From a virus (Duplodnaviria; Caudoviricetes): a stretch of 64,000 nt of DNA. Position numbers and translations under genes: made by a program. Shown in pieces: positions 35,269 through 45,828 of this stretch (position 1 is the stretch's first letter; every line of letters begins with the position of its first letter). The notes under the pieces are model-generated. The model did no database searches. It worked only from the letters and a program-made list of their open reading frames with translations, and was not told the DNA's origin. The stretch is taken from IMG/VR virus record IMGVR_UViG_3300032295_004079, positions 32,001-96,000 of that record; one strand, 5' to 3'.

Positions 35269-35451
35269 ATGGCTAAAGACCTAACTTTAACAAGCGTAAA
35301 AATTCAAACAGATTTGTTTGAAAATTTTAAAATTGAGTGCGTAAAACGAAAATTTAGTTTTCAAAAACTTGCCGATCGAGCTATTTATTTGTATCTTACG
35401 GATGAAGATTTTCGTAAAAAAATTACAAACCAAAACCTTACCGAACTTTAA
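35269..35451 (+). CDS. Small ribbon-helix-helix-like DNA-binding protein
   Basis: LTSVKI strand followed by two helices (FENFK, FQKLADRAIYLY). Confidence 0.55.
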   Translation: MAKDLTLTSVKIQTDLFENFKIECVKRKFSFQKLADRAIYLYLTDEDFRKKITNQNLTEL

Positions 35452-35460
35452 AAATAAAAT

Positions 35461-36897
35461 ATGAATAAAAGTTTTGATTATATCCCAAAGGATAAAAGAA
35501 AAAAAATCGTTTTAATTTGTGATGACATTAGAGTTCATTCTGGAGTAGCAACAGTTGCTAGAGAAATTGTTACTCACACTTGTCATCATTTTAATTGGGT
35601 TAATATTGGGGGTGCTATTAATCACCCAGATAAAGGTAAAAAATTAGACTTAAGCGCAGATAGTAATAAAATAGCAGAAATTGAAGATTCATATGTTATG
35701 ATGTATCCTACTAATGGATATGGTGATGCTGATTTTTTACGTCAGGTAATTAAAATAGAAAAACCTGATGCTATAATGTTAATTACAGACCCTAGATATT
35801 TTGTATGGTTATTTAACATTGAGCAAGAAATTAGAAAAAATATCCCAATTACATATTTGAACATTTGGGATGACTATCCTGCTCCTATGTACAATAGACC
35901 TTATTATGAGGCTTGTGATTTGTTGATGGGCATTTCAAAACAAACTGTTAATATTAACCAACTAGTTTTAGGTGATAAAGGTAAAAATAAAGTATTTAGA
36001 TATATTCCTCACGGTTTAAATCATAATGTTTATAAACCAGTAGAGGAAAATGATCCTGAATTAAAGAAATTTAAGAAAGAATTTTTTGGAAATGACAACC
36101 CAGATTTTGTTCTATTCTTTAATTCCCGTAATATTAGAAGAAAACAAATCCCAGATGCAATGTTAGCATTTAGAGCATTTTTAGATAGTTTACCTAAAGA
36201 AAAAGCTGATAAATGCCAAATGGTATTACATACTGAAATTGTAAGTGAGCACGGTACAGATTTAGCAAAAGTTAAAGAGTATTTCTTTAATGAAAATTAC
36301 CCTAATGCTATCAAGTTTTCTACTCAAAAATTATCTTCAATTCAACTTAACTATTTGTACAATATCGCAGATGCTCAAATATTGTTAACTTCTAACGAAG
36401 GATGGGGTTTAACTATTACAGAGGCAATTTTAGCAGGTACTCCTATTATTGCTAACGTTACAGGTGGTATGCAAGATCAAATGAGATTTGAAAATAAAGA
36501 TGGAAAATGGTTTACTCCAACCGCAGACTTTCCTTCAAACCACAATGGAACACTAACTAAACATGGAGAATGGGCATTTCCAGTTTATCCAACCTCTAGA
36601 TCAATCCAAGGTTCTCCCCAAACTCCTTATATTTTTGATGATAGATGTAAATGGGAAGATGCAACTGAAAGAATTAAAGAAATTTATAACTTGCCTAGAG
36701 CTGAACGTAAAGCAAGAGGATTAAAAGGTAGAGAATGGGCAATTGAAGAAGCAGGATTTACCTCAGAAAAACAGGCCGAAAGAGTTATGGAAGCATTTAA
36801 TGAGTTATTTTCTACTTGGAAACCTAAAGAAAAGTACGAGATTACTAATGCTACAGAGTATAAAGGAAAGTTTTTACCACATAAAATTTATTATTAA
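35461..36897 (+). CDS. Glycosyltransferase, GT-B/GT4-like
   Basis: SGVATV, IPHG, RNIRRK, SNEGWGLTITEA, GTPII. Confidence 0.85.
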   Translation: MNKSFDYIPKDKRKKIVLICDDIRVHSGVATVAREIVTHTCHHFNWVNIGGAINHPDKGKKLDLSADSNKIAEIEDSYVMMYPTNGYGDADFLRQVIKIEKPDAIMLITDPRYFVWLFNIEQEIRKNIPITYLNIWDDYPAPMYNRPYYEACDLLMGISKQTVNINQLVLGDKGKNKVFRYIPHGLNHNVYKPVEENDPELKKFKKEFFGNDNPDFVLFFNSRNIRRKQIPDAMLAFRAFLDSLPKEKADKCQMVLHTEIVSEHGTDLAKVKEYFFNENYPNAIKFSTQKLSSIQLNYLYNIADAQILLTSNEGWGLTITEAILAGTPIIANVTGGMQDQMRFENKDGKWFTPTADFPSNHNGTLTKHGEWAFPVYPTSRSIQGSPQTPYIFDDRCKWEDATERIKEIYNLPRAERKARGLKGREWAIEEAGFTSEKQAERVMEAFNELFSTWKPKEKYEITNATEYKGKFLPHKIYY

Positions 36898-38189
36898 TGA
36901 ACAAACCAGTTTTTGTAATTAGCAGCCCCTATGACACTTATTCAGGATATGGGGCTAGAGCTAGAGATATTATTCAAGCAATTTTAAATCTAGACAAATA
37001 TGATGTAAAACTTTTACCTCAAAGATGGGGAAGTACTGCTTGGGGATTTTGTGAAGATAATCCTGAATGGAACCATCTCCATCAATACAGATTAGATTCC
37101 CCTACTTTAAATAGCAAACCTGACATTTGGATGCAGATTACTATTCCAAATGAATTTCAATCAGTTGGAAAATACAATATTGGGGTAACAGCTGGAATTG
37201 AATCTAATTTATGTAAAGCTGAATGGATTGAGGGTTTGAATAGAATGGATAGGAATTGGGTTTCTTCTAATTTTGCAAAACATACCTTTGAAAATAGCAA
37301 ATACGAAAGGAGGAATACTCAAACTAATAATATTGAAGGGTATGTCCAACTAGAAAAACCAGTTGAAGTAGTATTTGAAGGAGCAAATTTAGATGTTTAT
37401 AAATCTATTGAACCTAAAGAAATCAAAACTATTAATTTAGATGAAATTAAAGAATCTTTTTGTTACTTGTTTGTAGGTCATTGGATGAATGGTGATTTTG
37501 GACATGATAGAAAAAATGTATCTTTGTTAATTAAATCTTTTTATGAAGTATTTAAAGACAAACCCCAAAAACCAGCTTTAATTTTAAAAGCCTCAATTGG
37601 TATTGCCTCTTACATTAGTCGAGATGAAATTTTAGATAGAATTAAAATTATCAGAGAATCTGTAAATTCTACTAATTTGCCTAACATTTATGTTCTAAAC
37701 GGAGAATTTAGTGATGGGGAAATGAATGAACTGTATAACCACCCTAAAGTAAAAGCTATGTTGTCTTTTACTAAAGGAGAAGGATTTGGAAGACCTTTAC
37801 TAGAGTTTAGTTTAACAGGTAAACCTATTATAGCCTCAGGATGGTCGGGTCATACAGATTTTTTAAAACAAAATCTAAGTACCCTAATTTCAGGAGAACT
37901 AGAAAATGTTCACCCTAGTGCGGCTAATGATTGGTTAATTAAAGAAAGTAAATGGTTTAAACCTAGTACGGTTGAAATTGGAAGACACCTAAAAGATTCA
38001 TATGCTAAATACAAACAATATGTTTTAGGAGGAAAACAACAAAAACAATATTCTAAAAGTAATTTTAGCTTTGAAAAAATGCAAGAATTAATTTCTACCA
38101 TTTTAGAAAAAAGTGTTCCTGACTTTCCAAAACAAGTAGAATTGGTGTTACCCAAAATCGAATTTTCAAAACTTAAAAAAATAGAATAA
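36897..38189 (+). CDS. Glycosyltransferase, GT-B/GT4-like
   Basis: SGYGAR, DRKNV, KGEGFGRPLLEF, GKPII. Confidence 0.85.
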   Translation: MNKPVFVISSPYDTYSGYGARARDIIQAILNLDKYDVKLLPQRWGSTAWGFCEDNPEWNHLHQYRLDSPTLNSKPDIWMQITIPNEFQSVGKYNIGVTAGIESNLCKAEWIEGLNRMDRNWVSSNFAKHTFENSKYERRNTQTNNIEGYVQLEKPVEVVFEGANLDVYKSIEPKEIKTINLDEIKESFCYLFVGHWMNGDFGHDRKNVSLLIKSFYEVFKDKPQKPALILKASIGIASYISRDEILDRIKIIRESVNSTNLPNIYVLNGEFSDGEMNELYNHPKVKAMLSFTKGEGFGRPLLEFSLTGKPIIASGWSGHTDFLKQNLSTLISGELENVHPSAANDWLIKESKWFKPSTVEIGRHLKDSYAKYKQYVLGGKQQKQYSKSNFSFEKMQELISTILEKSVPDFPKQVELVLPKIEFSKLKKIE

Positions 38190-38190
38190 T

Positions 38191-38634
38191 ATGCAATATG
38201 ATAATTTAACAGAATGTAGTAGGTGTGGCAGTGATGCTTGCTATATTCAAGAAATTACTTCTGAAATCAAACTAGAATTTTGTTATGGATGTGGATTTCA
38301 GTCTCATTCACTAATGAAACCAGGAACTGAATTCTTTACTGAACAGTTAGCTTTACTTCCAGATTTATACAAATCTTTGCTAGAGGAAGAGGAAGAAACA
38401 GGTAAAGTTTGGATGCCATCTTTTATCAATGTAGCAGAAAAAGGAATGGTATTTGCAGATGGAACAGGTAGAGACAATTGGAGATGGGCTGGGGTAAAAT
38501 CAGTACCTGTTTCTAAAGAAGAAAAGAAAAAATACAAAGATTCAAAGTATAGAGCAGACATGTCTACAATAAAACATTTTGGAGAACGTGACTTTATGGA
38601 GGCTTTATCGTATATTCAAGTGTTACCTGAATAA
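38191..38634 (+). CDS. Hypothetical Zn-ribbon protein
   Basis: CSRCG...CYGCG. Confidence 0.65.
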   Translation: MQYDNLTECSRCGSDACYIQEITSEIKLEFCYGCGFQSHSLMKPGTEFFTEQLALLPDLYKSLLEEEEETGKVWMPSFINVAEKGMVFADGTGRDNWRWAGVKSVPVSKEEKKKYKDSKYRADMSTIKHFGERDFMEALSYIQVLPE

Positions 38635-38641
38635 AAAAAAC

Positions 38642-38980
38642 ATGCAAAGATTTCTAGAAAAAATATCTTGGAAATTTAGAAGAATTAATATAACTTTTTC
38701 CCCTCTCCATATTGACTGGAGTGGGGCATCAAGCTATTTTAGTTTTAGTATCTTCAAAATAGCATATAATCTTAGAGCTTATTCATTAGTTGAAGTAGTT
38801 TTACTACTGCCCAATAAAACAACACATAAACATTTTTATGTATATTCCTGGGATTTTTTGTTTTTGAGAGGATATTTACTATATTTAAGTGATAGTTTAT
38901 CTGATAAGAAGGTTTGGAACAGAAATAAATTGACTAGTTGGGATAAGTTTAGATTAAAAATTTTAAACAAAATACTATGA
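38642..38980 (+). CDS. Hypothetical protein
   Basis: ATG at 38642; coupled to the next gene. Confidence 0.5.
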   Translation: MQRFLEKISWKFRRINITFSPLHIDWSGASSYFSFSIFKIAYNLRAYSLVEVVLLLPNKTTHKHFYVYSWDFLFLRGYLLYLSDSLSDKKVWNRNKLTSWDKFRLKILNKIL

Positions 38981-39603
38981 AGATTTCATATGCAATAACA
39001 GTAAAGGATGAATTAATTGAGTTAGATAGACTTTTATTTAAACTTGAAAATCACAAAAGAGATAAGGATGAAATTGTAGTTGTGTACGATAGTGCAAATG
39101 GGAGAGAAAATGTAAATCAATATTTAAGAGCTAAAACAGTCAATAAAAGTTTTTTTAGATGGCATGCCTTTGAATTCAAAAATGATTTTTCGGAATTAAA
39201 AAATTATTTAACCAAACAATGTACTGGTGATTATATTTTTCAAATAGATGCCGATGAAATCCCACATGAATATCTAATTTCAATATTACCCACCATACTA
39301 GAGTCAAACCTTGAAACCGAAGTATATCTAACACCAAGAGTTAACACTGTAGAAGATATTACCCAAGACCACATTCAAAAATGGGGATGGAGAGTGGATG
39401 AAAAAGGATGGATCAATTATCCTGATTACCAATGGAGAATTTGGAAAAACAAACCTGAAATAAAGTGGATAAATAAAGTTCATGAAAGGTTGGATGGGTT
39501 TAAAACTTATGTAGCTTTACCACCACAAGAAGAATTTTCTTTATATCACCCAAAAACTATAGAAAAACAAGAAAAACAAAACAATTATTATAATACACTA
39601 TGA
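38977..39603 (+). CDS. Glycosyltransferase family 2
   Basis: KISYAITV, QIDADE, YPDYQWRI, VHE. Confidence 0.85.
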   Translation: MKISYAITVKDELIELDRLLFKLENHKRDKDEIVVVYDSANGRENVNQYLRAKTVNKSFFRWHAFEFKNDFSELKNYLTKQCTGDYIFQIDADEIPHEYLISILPTILESNLETEVYLTPRVNTVEDITQDHIQKWGWRVDEKGWINYPDYQWRIWKNKPEIKWINKVHERLDGFKTYVALPPQEEFSLYHPKTIEKQEKQNNYYNTL

Positions 39604-40742
39604 AAAAAGTATGGTATGCCCCTAATAAACTAGAAGCTTATGGGGAAGAAGAAATAAAAGCAGTTGAACAATGTCTTCGAGACGGTTGGTTAGCAGGTTT
39701 TGGCCCACGTTCTATTGAATTTGAAGAAAAAATTGCAAAAGAATTTGGGAAAAAATTTGGTGTATTTGTAAATTCTGGCTCATCTGCTTGTTTACTTGCT
39801 ATTGCATCCATGGATTTACCTAAAGGATCTAAAATCATTACTCCTGCCTGTACGTTTTCAACTACACTGGCTCCTATTATCCAACTTGGATACAAGCCAG
39901 TATTTGTAGATGTGGGATTGAATGATTATGTAGCAGATATTGAACAAGTAGTAAATGCTATTACAGAAGAAGTAAAAGCTATTATGTTACCTAATCTAAT
40001 TGGAAACAAACCAAACTGGAAGCTTTTAAGACAAATTCTTAAAAATATGAATAGAGAAGATATTGTTCTCATTGAAGATTCAGCTGATACAGTAACTGAA
40101 ACTCTAGAATCAGATATCTCAACTACTAGTTTTTATGCTTCTCACGTTATTACAGCAGGCGGAATGGGAGGAATGGTAATGTTTAATGACGAAAAATATG
40201 TTAAACGTGCTTTAATGTTTAGAGATTGGGGTCGTATTGGAGATAATAGCGAAGATATGAGCGAACGTTTTGCACATGATGTTGATGGTTTGCCTTATGA
40301 CTATAAGTTCTTATATGGTGTTTTAGGATATAACATGAAGTGTAGTGAAATGAGTGCTGCATTTGGCTTAGTACAACTAGAACGTTTCCAAACCTTTAAA
40401 AACAAACGTAGAGATAATATCAAGAGATATCTAGAAAACCTTAAAGATGTTAAAGAACTTATTTTACCTGACGATAGTATAGAACCTAACTGGCTTGCTA
40501 TTCCCCTTCAAACTGAACGTAGACTAGAATTGCTTAATTTCTTGGAAAGTAATAATATTCAAACTAGAGTTACATTTGCAGGTAATGTTACTAGACACCC
40601 TATTTACAGAGAATATCTACAAGAATTCAAAAATTCAGATCTAATAATGAAAAACGGATTTTTGTTAGGTGCTCATCATGGGATGGATCTAGATGATGTA
40701 GATTATGTTTGTGATAAAATTAAAGAATTCTTTAATCAATGA
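39600..40742 (+). CDS. DegT/DnrJ-family PLP/PMP enzyme, RfbH/ColD-like 3-dehydratase type
   Basis: VNSGSSA, IEDSAD, SFYASHVIT (His at the catalytic Lys position), RDWGR, GYN. Confidence 0.85.
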   Translation: MKKVWYAPNKLEAYGEEEIKAVEQCLRDGWLAGFGPRSIEFEEKIAKEFGKKFGVFVNSGSSACLLAIASMDLPKGSKIITPACTFSTTLAPIIQLGYKPVFVDVGLNDYVADIEQVVNAITEEVKAIMLPNLIGNKPNWKLLRQILKNMNREDIVLIEDSADTVTETLESDISTTSFYASHVITAGGMGGMVMFNDEKYVKRALMFRDWGRIGDNSEDMSERFAHDVDGLPYDYKFLYGVLGYNMKCSEMSAAFGLVQLERFQTFKNKRRDNIKRYLENLKDVKELILPDDSIEPNWLAIPLQTERRLELLNFLESNNIQTRVTFAGNVTRHPIYREYLQEFKNSDLIMKNGFLLGAHHGMDLDDVDYVCDKIKEFFNQ

Positions 40743-41155
40743 TACAATATTTCTCTAAAATAGATCCCCAAAAACTACTGCATGTGGTAGTTAGAAAAGA
40801 AGATTTAACTCCTGGGAGAGTAGAAGTAGTACCTGAAGATAATTTTATCCAATGTGCTCTTCTTAATATGGAAAAAGGTAAAACTTTTAAACCACACAGA
40901 CATATCTTTAAAGAGAGAACTAGAAATGTTATAGCTCAAGAGAGTTGGATTGTGGTTCAAGGTAGTGTAAAATGTACTTTTTATGATCTAGATAATTCAG
41001 TACTAGTTGAACCTATCCTAAACCCAGGAGATGCTTCTTTTACACTAGAAGGAGGACATACCTACACTATTTTAGAAGACAACACTTTGGTGTATGAATA
41101 CAAAACAGGACCTTATGAAGGTCAGGCTTTAGATAAAATATTTTTAAATGACTAA
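40739..41155 (+). CDS. Cupin (WbuC-like)
   Basis: PHRH...QE...GGH...EYKTGPY. Confidence 0.7.
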   Translation: MIQYFSKIDPQKLLHVVVRKEDLTPGRVEVVPEDNFIQCALLNMEKGKTFKPHRHIFKERTRNVIAQESWIVVQGSVKCTFYDLDNSVLVEPILNPGDASFTLEGGHTYTILEDNTLVYEYKTGPYEGQALDKIFLND

Positions 41156-41660
41156 GGATATTTTTATTCACAAAGATGCAGAATTCAAAATAGATCCTGT
41201 AATGGGGGATCATATTGCAATTGATAAAGGGGTGTATTGTACCGTTAATATTACAATCGGAGAATACACCCATATCTCCCCATATGTTACTATTATTGGT
41301 GGAAAAAACGCGTACTTCTACAGTAATGGTTTCAATAATATAATGGCGGGTGCACGAATTATCTGTGGATCAGACAGATTTGATGGTTCGGGATTATTTG
41401 GAGCTATGATTCCAAATGAATTTAAAGGTAAACAAATTATGAAACCTGTAGTAATGGAAAAATTTTCTAACATAGGAACTAATGCTATTGTTTTACCTGG
41501 TTCTACTTTAAGAGAAGGAGTACTTTTAGCCGCGGGAAGTTTACTAATGGGTGATACTGAAGCTTGGGGTGTGTATAAGGGCAATCCTGCTGTTTTAGTT
41601 AAAAAAATAGATCCAACACTTACAAAACAAAAATATAATGAACTTTCAAGCCGTAACTGA
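41148..41660 (+). CDS. Hexapeptide-repeat acyltransferase
   Basis: IGTNAIVLPG, GVYKGNPA. Confidence 0.85.
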   Translation: MTKDIFIHKDAEFKIDPVMGDHIAIDKGVYCTVNITIGEYTHISPYVTIIGGKNAYFYSNGFNNIMAGARIICGSDRFDGSGLFGAMIPNEFKGKQIMKPVVMEKFSNIGTNAIVLPGSTLREGVLLAAGSLLMGDTEAWGVYKGNPAVLVKKIDPTLTKQKYNELSSRN

Positions 41661-42225
41661 ATTTGAAAATAAATTAGCTGAGTTTTTTGGTTCTCCTTAT
41701 GCTATAGCTACAGATTGTTGTACTCATGGGGTTGAATTATCTTTAAGGTACACAAAAGCTAAAGTTATAGAGGTTCCAAAACATACTTACTTGTCTATTC
41801 CTTTTTTAGCTGATAAACTAAATATAGAACTAAAATGGAAAGATGATAACTGGAAAGATTATTATTATCTAACCGATAAAGTTATTGACGCAGCTGTGCT
41901 TTGGAAGAAAAATAGCTATATTCCTGGAACTTACATGAGTATCTCATTTCAGTACCAAAAACACTTGTCTTTGGGAAGAGGTGGTGTTATATTAACAGAT
42001 GATAAAAATGCAGCTGAGGAATTAAAAAAGATGAGCTATGATGGTAGATTACCTAACATACCCTGGAGAGAACAAGATATAACAACCATGGGGTACCATT
42101 ATTACATGACCCCAGAAACCGCCCAATTAGGGTTGAATAAACTAGAAAATGCAATTAATTCCCAACCTAGACAATGGGTTGTAGAAGATTGGCCTAATTT
42201 AACTAACATGAAAATTTTTAAATAA
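41638..42225 (+). CDS. Short DegT-family aminotransferase
   Basis: DCCTHG, IDAA, SFQYQKHLSLGRGG; only 195 aa. Confidence 0.75.
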   Translation: MNFQAVTEFENKLAEFFGSPYAIATDCCTHGVELSLRYTKAKVIEVPKHTYLSIPFLADKLNIELKWKDDNWKDYYYLTDKVIDAAVLWKKNSYIPGTYMSISFQYQKHLSLGRGGVILTDDKNAAEELKKMSYDGRLPNIPWREQDITTMGYHYYMTPETAQLGLNKLENAINSQPRQWVVEDWPNLTNMKIFK

Positions 42226-43199
42226 TGAAAAAAGCTTTTATTACAGGTATAGGGGGACAAGATGGTTCTTATCTAGCAGAATATCTCTTAGATTTAGGGT
42301 ATGAAGTCCATGGAATTATTAGAAGAAATTCTACTCCTGAACATCAACAATCTCGATTAGATGGGATAAGAACTAATCCAAATCTTCATATATCTTATGG
42401 TGATTTACTAGATATTTCAGGTATTGAACGTCTACTATCTCAAATCCAACCTGATGAGATTTATAATTTAGCAGCCCAATCTCACGTGAGAATTAGTTTT
42501 GAAATTCCACAATTTACAATCCAAGCTAATGCTTTAGGAGTAGTTAATGTACTGGAAGCTATGAAAAATAACTGCCCAAATGCTAAATTTTATCAAGCAA
42601 GTTCCTCTGAAATGTTTGGTAGTGCTGTAGATGAAGATGGTTTTCAAAGAGAAACTACTAGGATGAATCCTGTATCTCCATATGGATGTGCAAAAGTATT
42701 TGGTTATAATATAGTTCGTAACTATAGAAATGCCTATAATTTACATTTATCAAATGGTATTTTGTTTAACCATGAATCTCCTCGTAGAGGTTCTAACTTT
42801 GTAACCAATAAAGTAGTTAAAGCAGCCATAAGAATTAGCTTAGGCCTTCAGGATAAATTAGAATTAGGTAACTTAGATGCTTATAGAGATTGGGGTCACT
42901 CAAAAGATTATATTAAGGCTATGCATTTAATTTTACAACAACCTAACCCTGGAGATTGGGTAGTAGCTACAGGTGAAACTCGTTCTGTGAGAGATATGTG
43001 TAAATATGTTTTTGAAAAACTAAATCTTAACTATGAAGATTATATTGTTCAAAATCAAAAATTCCTCCGTCCTGAAGAATTAAAATACCTAAAAGGAGAT
43101 TCTACTAGAATAAGAGAACTAGGATGGAAACCTGAATATACTTTCGAAAGTATGATGGACGAAATGATTGAATTTTGGGTTAAGTATTATAATAAATGA
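42225..43199 (+). CDS. gmd: GDP-mannose 4,6-dehydratase
   Basis: GIGGQDGSYLAE, YNLAAQSHV, QASSSEMFG, NHESPRRG, RDWGH. Confidence 0.95.
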   Translation: MKKAFITGIGGQDGSYLAEYLLDLGYEVHGIIRRNSTPEHQQSRLDGIRTNPNLHISYGDLLDISGIERLLSQIQPDEIYNLAAQSHVRISFEIPQFTIQANALGVVNVLEAMKNNCPNAKFYQASSSEMFGSAVDEDGFQRETTRMNPVSPYGCAKVFGYNIVRNYRNAYNLHLSNGILFNHESPRRGSNFVTNKVVKAAIRISLGLQDKLELGNLDAYRDWGHSKDYIKAMHLILQQPNPGDWVVATGETRSVRDMCKYVFEKLNLNYEDYIVQNQKFLRPEELKYLKGDSTRIRELGWKPEYTFESMMDEMIEFWVKYYNK

Positions 43200-44074
43200 G
43201 CAATTATATAACTTTAAAAGAAATGGGGTCTTCTGGGGGGCTATGCTCCCAACTCCAAATTTTTGCCTCACTAGTAGCAGTTGCAAAAGCAAATAATTTA
43301 AAAATTGCATTTTCTGAAAACATGATTAAAAATCATGGAGTAGGTATCCGAATATTTGATTTATTAGATTTATCCTCAGAATATGAATTAAAACCTGAAG
43401 AATTTTTTAGTAATTTTAGAGATAAACATATTAATTTTCATACCACAAGATATGATGAAAGTTTATTTAATCTAGAATCAGGATTTAATTATAACTTAGT
43501 TGGAAGATTTGATTTATACACTTATTGGTATAATAGTGTTGGAGAAAAAGTATCAAAATGGGAATACCAACCAGAACTAAAAATCCAAGCGCAAGAAAGA
43601 TTAGATCAAATAAAAAAATACTTTGGTAATGATAAACCCTTAGTTAGTATTCATATTAGAAGAGGAGATTATTTGCTCCCCCAATATTCTTTTTGTATAT
43701 TAGACCATGAATATTACACTAAAGCTATAGTAGATCATTTTCTACCTATAGAAGATTATAACTTTGTAGTTTTTTCTAATGATATAGAATTTGCTAAAAA
43801 TCTATTTGTTGGTGACAATATATGGTTTGTAGATCCTATTGGAGGAGAAAAAATATGCACCGATTCAGAAAAAGAAGATTTAACACTTTTAAGTTTGTGT
43901 GATCATCACATTATAAGTAATAGTTCGTATCCTTGGTGGGGTGCGTATTTAAGTAAAAATAAAGATAAAAAAATTATATGCCCCACAAATTATTTAAAAT
44001 CTTACCACCAGTCATCTTGGATAAACGGAAATTGGTATCCTCCTAACTGGTTTAACATTAATAACAAAACTTAA
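43196..44074 (+). CDS. GT11 alpha-1,2-fucosyl/colitosyltransferase-like
   Basis: HIRRGDY, FSNDI, IISNSSYPWWGAYL. Confidence 0.85.
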   Translation: MSNYITLKEMGSSGGLCSQLQIFASLVAVAKANNLKIAFSENMIKNHGVGIRIFDLLDLSSEYELKPEEFFSNFRDKHINFHTTRYDESLFNLESGFNYNLVGRFDLYTYWYNSVGEKVSKWEYQPELKIQAQERLDQIKKYFGNDKPLVSIHIRRGDYLLPQYSFCILDHEYYTKAIVDHFLPIEDYNFVVFSNDIEFAKNLFVGDNIWFVDPIGGEKICTDSEKEDLTLLSLCDHHIISNSSYPWWGAYLSKNKDKKIICPTNYLKSYHQSSWINGNWYPPNWFNINNKT

Positions 44075-44076
44075 TT

Positions 44077-45027
44077 ATGAATAAAATAGTATATGTTACA
44101 GGTTGTCTAGGATTTATTGGTTCCTATGTAACCCGCAAATGCCTAGAAAGAGGTTGGTACGTAAGAGGAATTGATAAGATAACTTATGCCTCTAACCCTA
44201 ATTTGTTATATGAATTTCTCGAATATCCTAATTTTGTATTTGAAGAAAAAGATATTAATGACATTGAATTTCTTTATGAATGTGATTATTTCATAAACAC
44301 AGCTGCTGAAACGCATGTAGGAAATTCAATTGTGAAAAGTGAAGATTTTCTCTATTCTAATGTAAACGGAGTATACCATATTCTTGAATTACTTAGGAAT
44401 TATCGCCAAGAAAGCTCTACTCTTCCTACTTTTATCCACTTCAGTACAGATGAGGTTTATGGAGATATTGAAAATGGATCACACGGAGAAAAAGATATAT
44501 TAAAACCATCTAACCCATATGCTGCAACAAAGGCAGCAGCAGATCAACTTATATTAGCGTGGGCCCGCACTTATAGTTTACCTTATGTTATTTTACGTCC
44601 TACTAACAACTATGGTATTGGTCAGTATGTTGAAAAACTTATCCCTAAGTCTGTTAAGTTTTTATCACTAGACAGAAAAATTCCTCTCCATAATGGTGGA
44701 ACCCCCATTAGAAATTGGCTAAACGCTGATGATACAGCTGAAGCTGTAATGGTTGTTATTGATAACAAAGTCCAAAATGAAATTTTTAACATTTGTGGTG
44801 GATTTGAACAAAGTAATTTGGAAACTGTAAGTAAAATTATTAATTTAATGTTGCCGAATGAAAATGTAGATGACCATTTAGATCTGCATATTGTAAGAGT
44901 AGGTCAAGATATAAGATATGCTTTAGATGATTCTAAATTGAGAGCATTAGGTTGGTCTCCTAAAAAAATATTTGACCAAGAACTTCCTAAAATTGTAGAA
45001 TATTATAAAAATAACTTTATTTGGTAA
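44077..45027 (+). CDS. rfbB: dTDP-glucose 4,6-dehydratase-like
   Basis: GCLGFIG, AAETHV, STDEVYG, PYAATKA, NNYG, RYALD. Confidence 0.85.
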   Translation: MNKIVYVTGCLGFIGSYVTRKCLERGWYVRGIDKITYASNPNLLYEFLEYPNFVFEEKDINDIEFLYECDYFINTAAETHVGNSIVKSEDFLYSNVNGVYHILELLRNYRQESSTLPTFIHFSTDEVYGDIENGSHGEKDILKPSNPYAATKAAADQLILAWARTYSLPYVILRPTNNYGIGQYVEKLIPKSVKFLSLDRKIPLHNGGTPIRNWLNADDTAEAVMVVIDNKVQNEIFNICGGFEQSNLETVSKIINLMLPNENVDDHLDLHIVRVGQDIRYALDDSKLRALGWSPKKIFDQELPKIVEYYKNNFIW

Positions 45028-45827
45028 TGAACAACAGAGAATTTAAATGTGTTAAGATTTTAACAGATCTTATTGAAAACGAAGGATTAGTTGGTATTAA
45101 AACTAGTTTTGAAGACGAAGGAGCTTTATTTAATGAAACTATTCGTTTAAAAGAAATTTGCAACCAATCTAAAACCAAAATTACTTTAAAGATTGGTGGA
45201 CCTGAAGCTATTCGAGATTTGAAAGATTCAATGGTGATTGGAGTAAAGGGAATTGTTGCACCTATGGTAGAATCAGATTTTGGGCTCAGAAAATTTGTCC
45301 AAGCTACTAAAACTTATATCCCTGAAGATGTACGTTCTTCTCTTCAACTTAGTATTAATGTTGAAACCGCTACTGCTGTATCTAACATCGAAAAAATGGT
45401 AGCTACTTCTGAAGTAGAAGATTTGTACGGAATTACTGTAGGACGTGTAGATTTGGTTTCGTCTTTAGGAAAAGATCGTAATTATGTAAATAGTGATGAA
45501 GTCTACAATATGGCTAAAACTGTTTTTACCCATGCTAAAGAAAAAGGATTAAAAGCTTGTTTAGGTGGAGCAATTTCTACAGATTCCCTCCCATTTTTGA
45601 AGAAATTGAATTCTGAAGGATTGCTAGATAAGTTTGAGACTCGTTATGCAATGTTTGATCCTTCAATTACTTTAAAAAATCTATCTAGAGCTTTATCTAA
45701 AGCCCAAATGTTTGAGTATGAATGGTTAATGGCAAAATATGAATTATATAGTTCAATGGCTAACCAAGATATCAAACGAATCCAAATGATCCAAGATCGT
45801 ATCAATCAGTCTATGACATTTAAATAA
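45027..45827 (+). CDS. HpcH/HpaI aldolase/citrate lyase family protein
   Basis: KIGGPEA, VAPMVES, INVET, VGRVDL. Confidence 0.75.
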   Translation: MNNREFKCVKILTDLIENEGLVGIKTSFEDEGALFNETIRLKEICNQSKTKITLKIGGPEAIRDLKDSMVIGVKGIVAPMVESDFGLRKFVQATKTYIPEDVRSSLQLSINVETATAVSNIEKMVATSEVEDLYGITVGRVDLVSSLGKDRNYVNSDEVYNMAKTVFTHAKEKGLKACLGGAISTDSLPFLKKLNSEGLLDKFETRYAMFDPSITLKNLSRALSKAQMFEYEWLMAKYELYSSMANQDIKRIQMIQDRINQSMTFK

Positions 45828-45828
45828 A

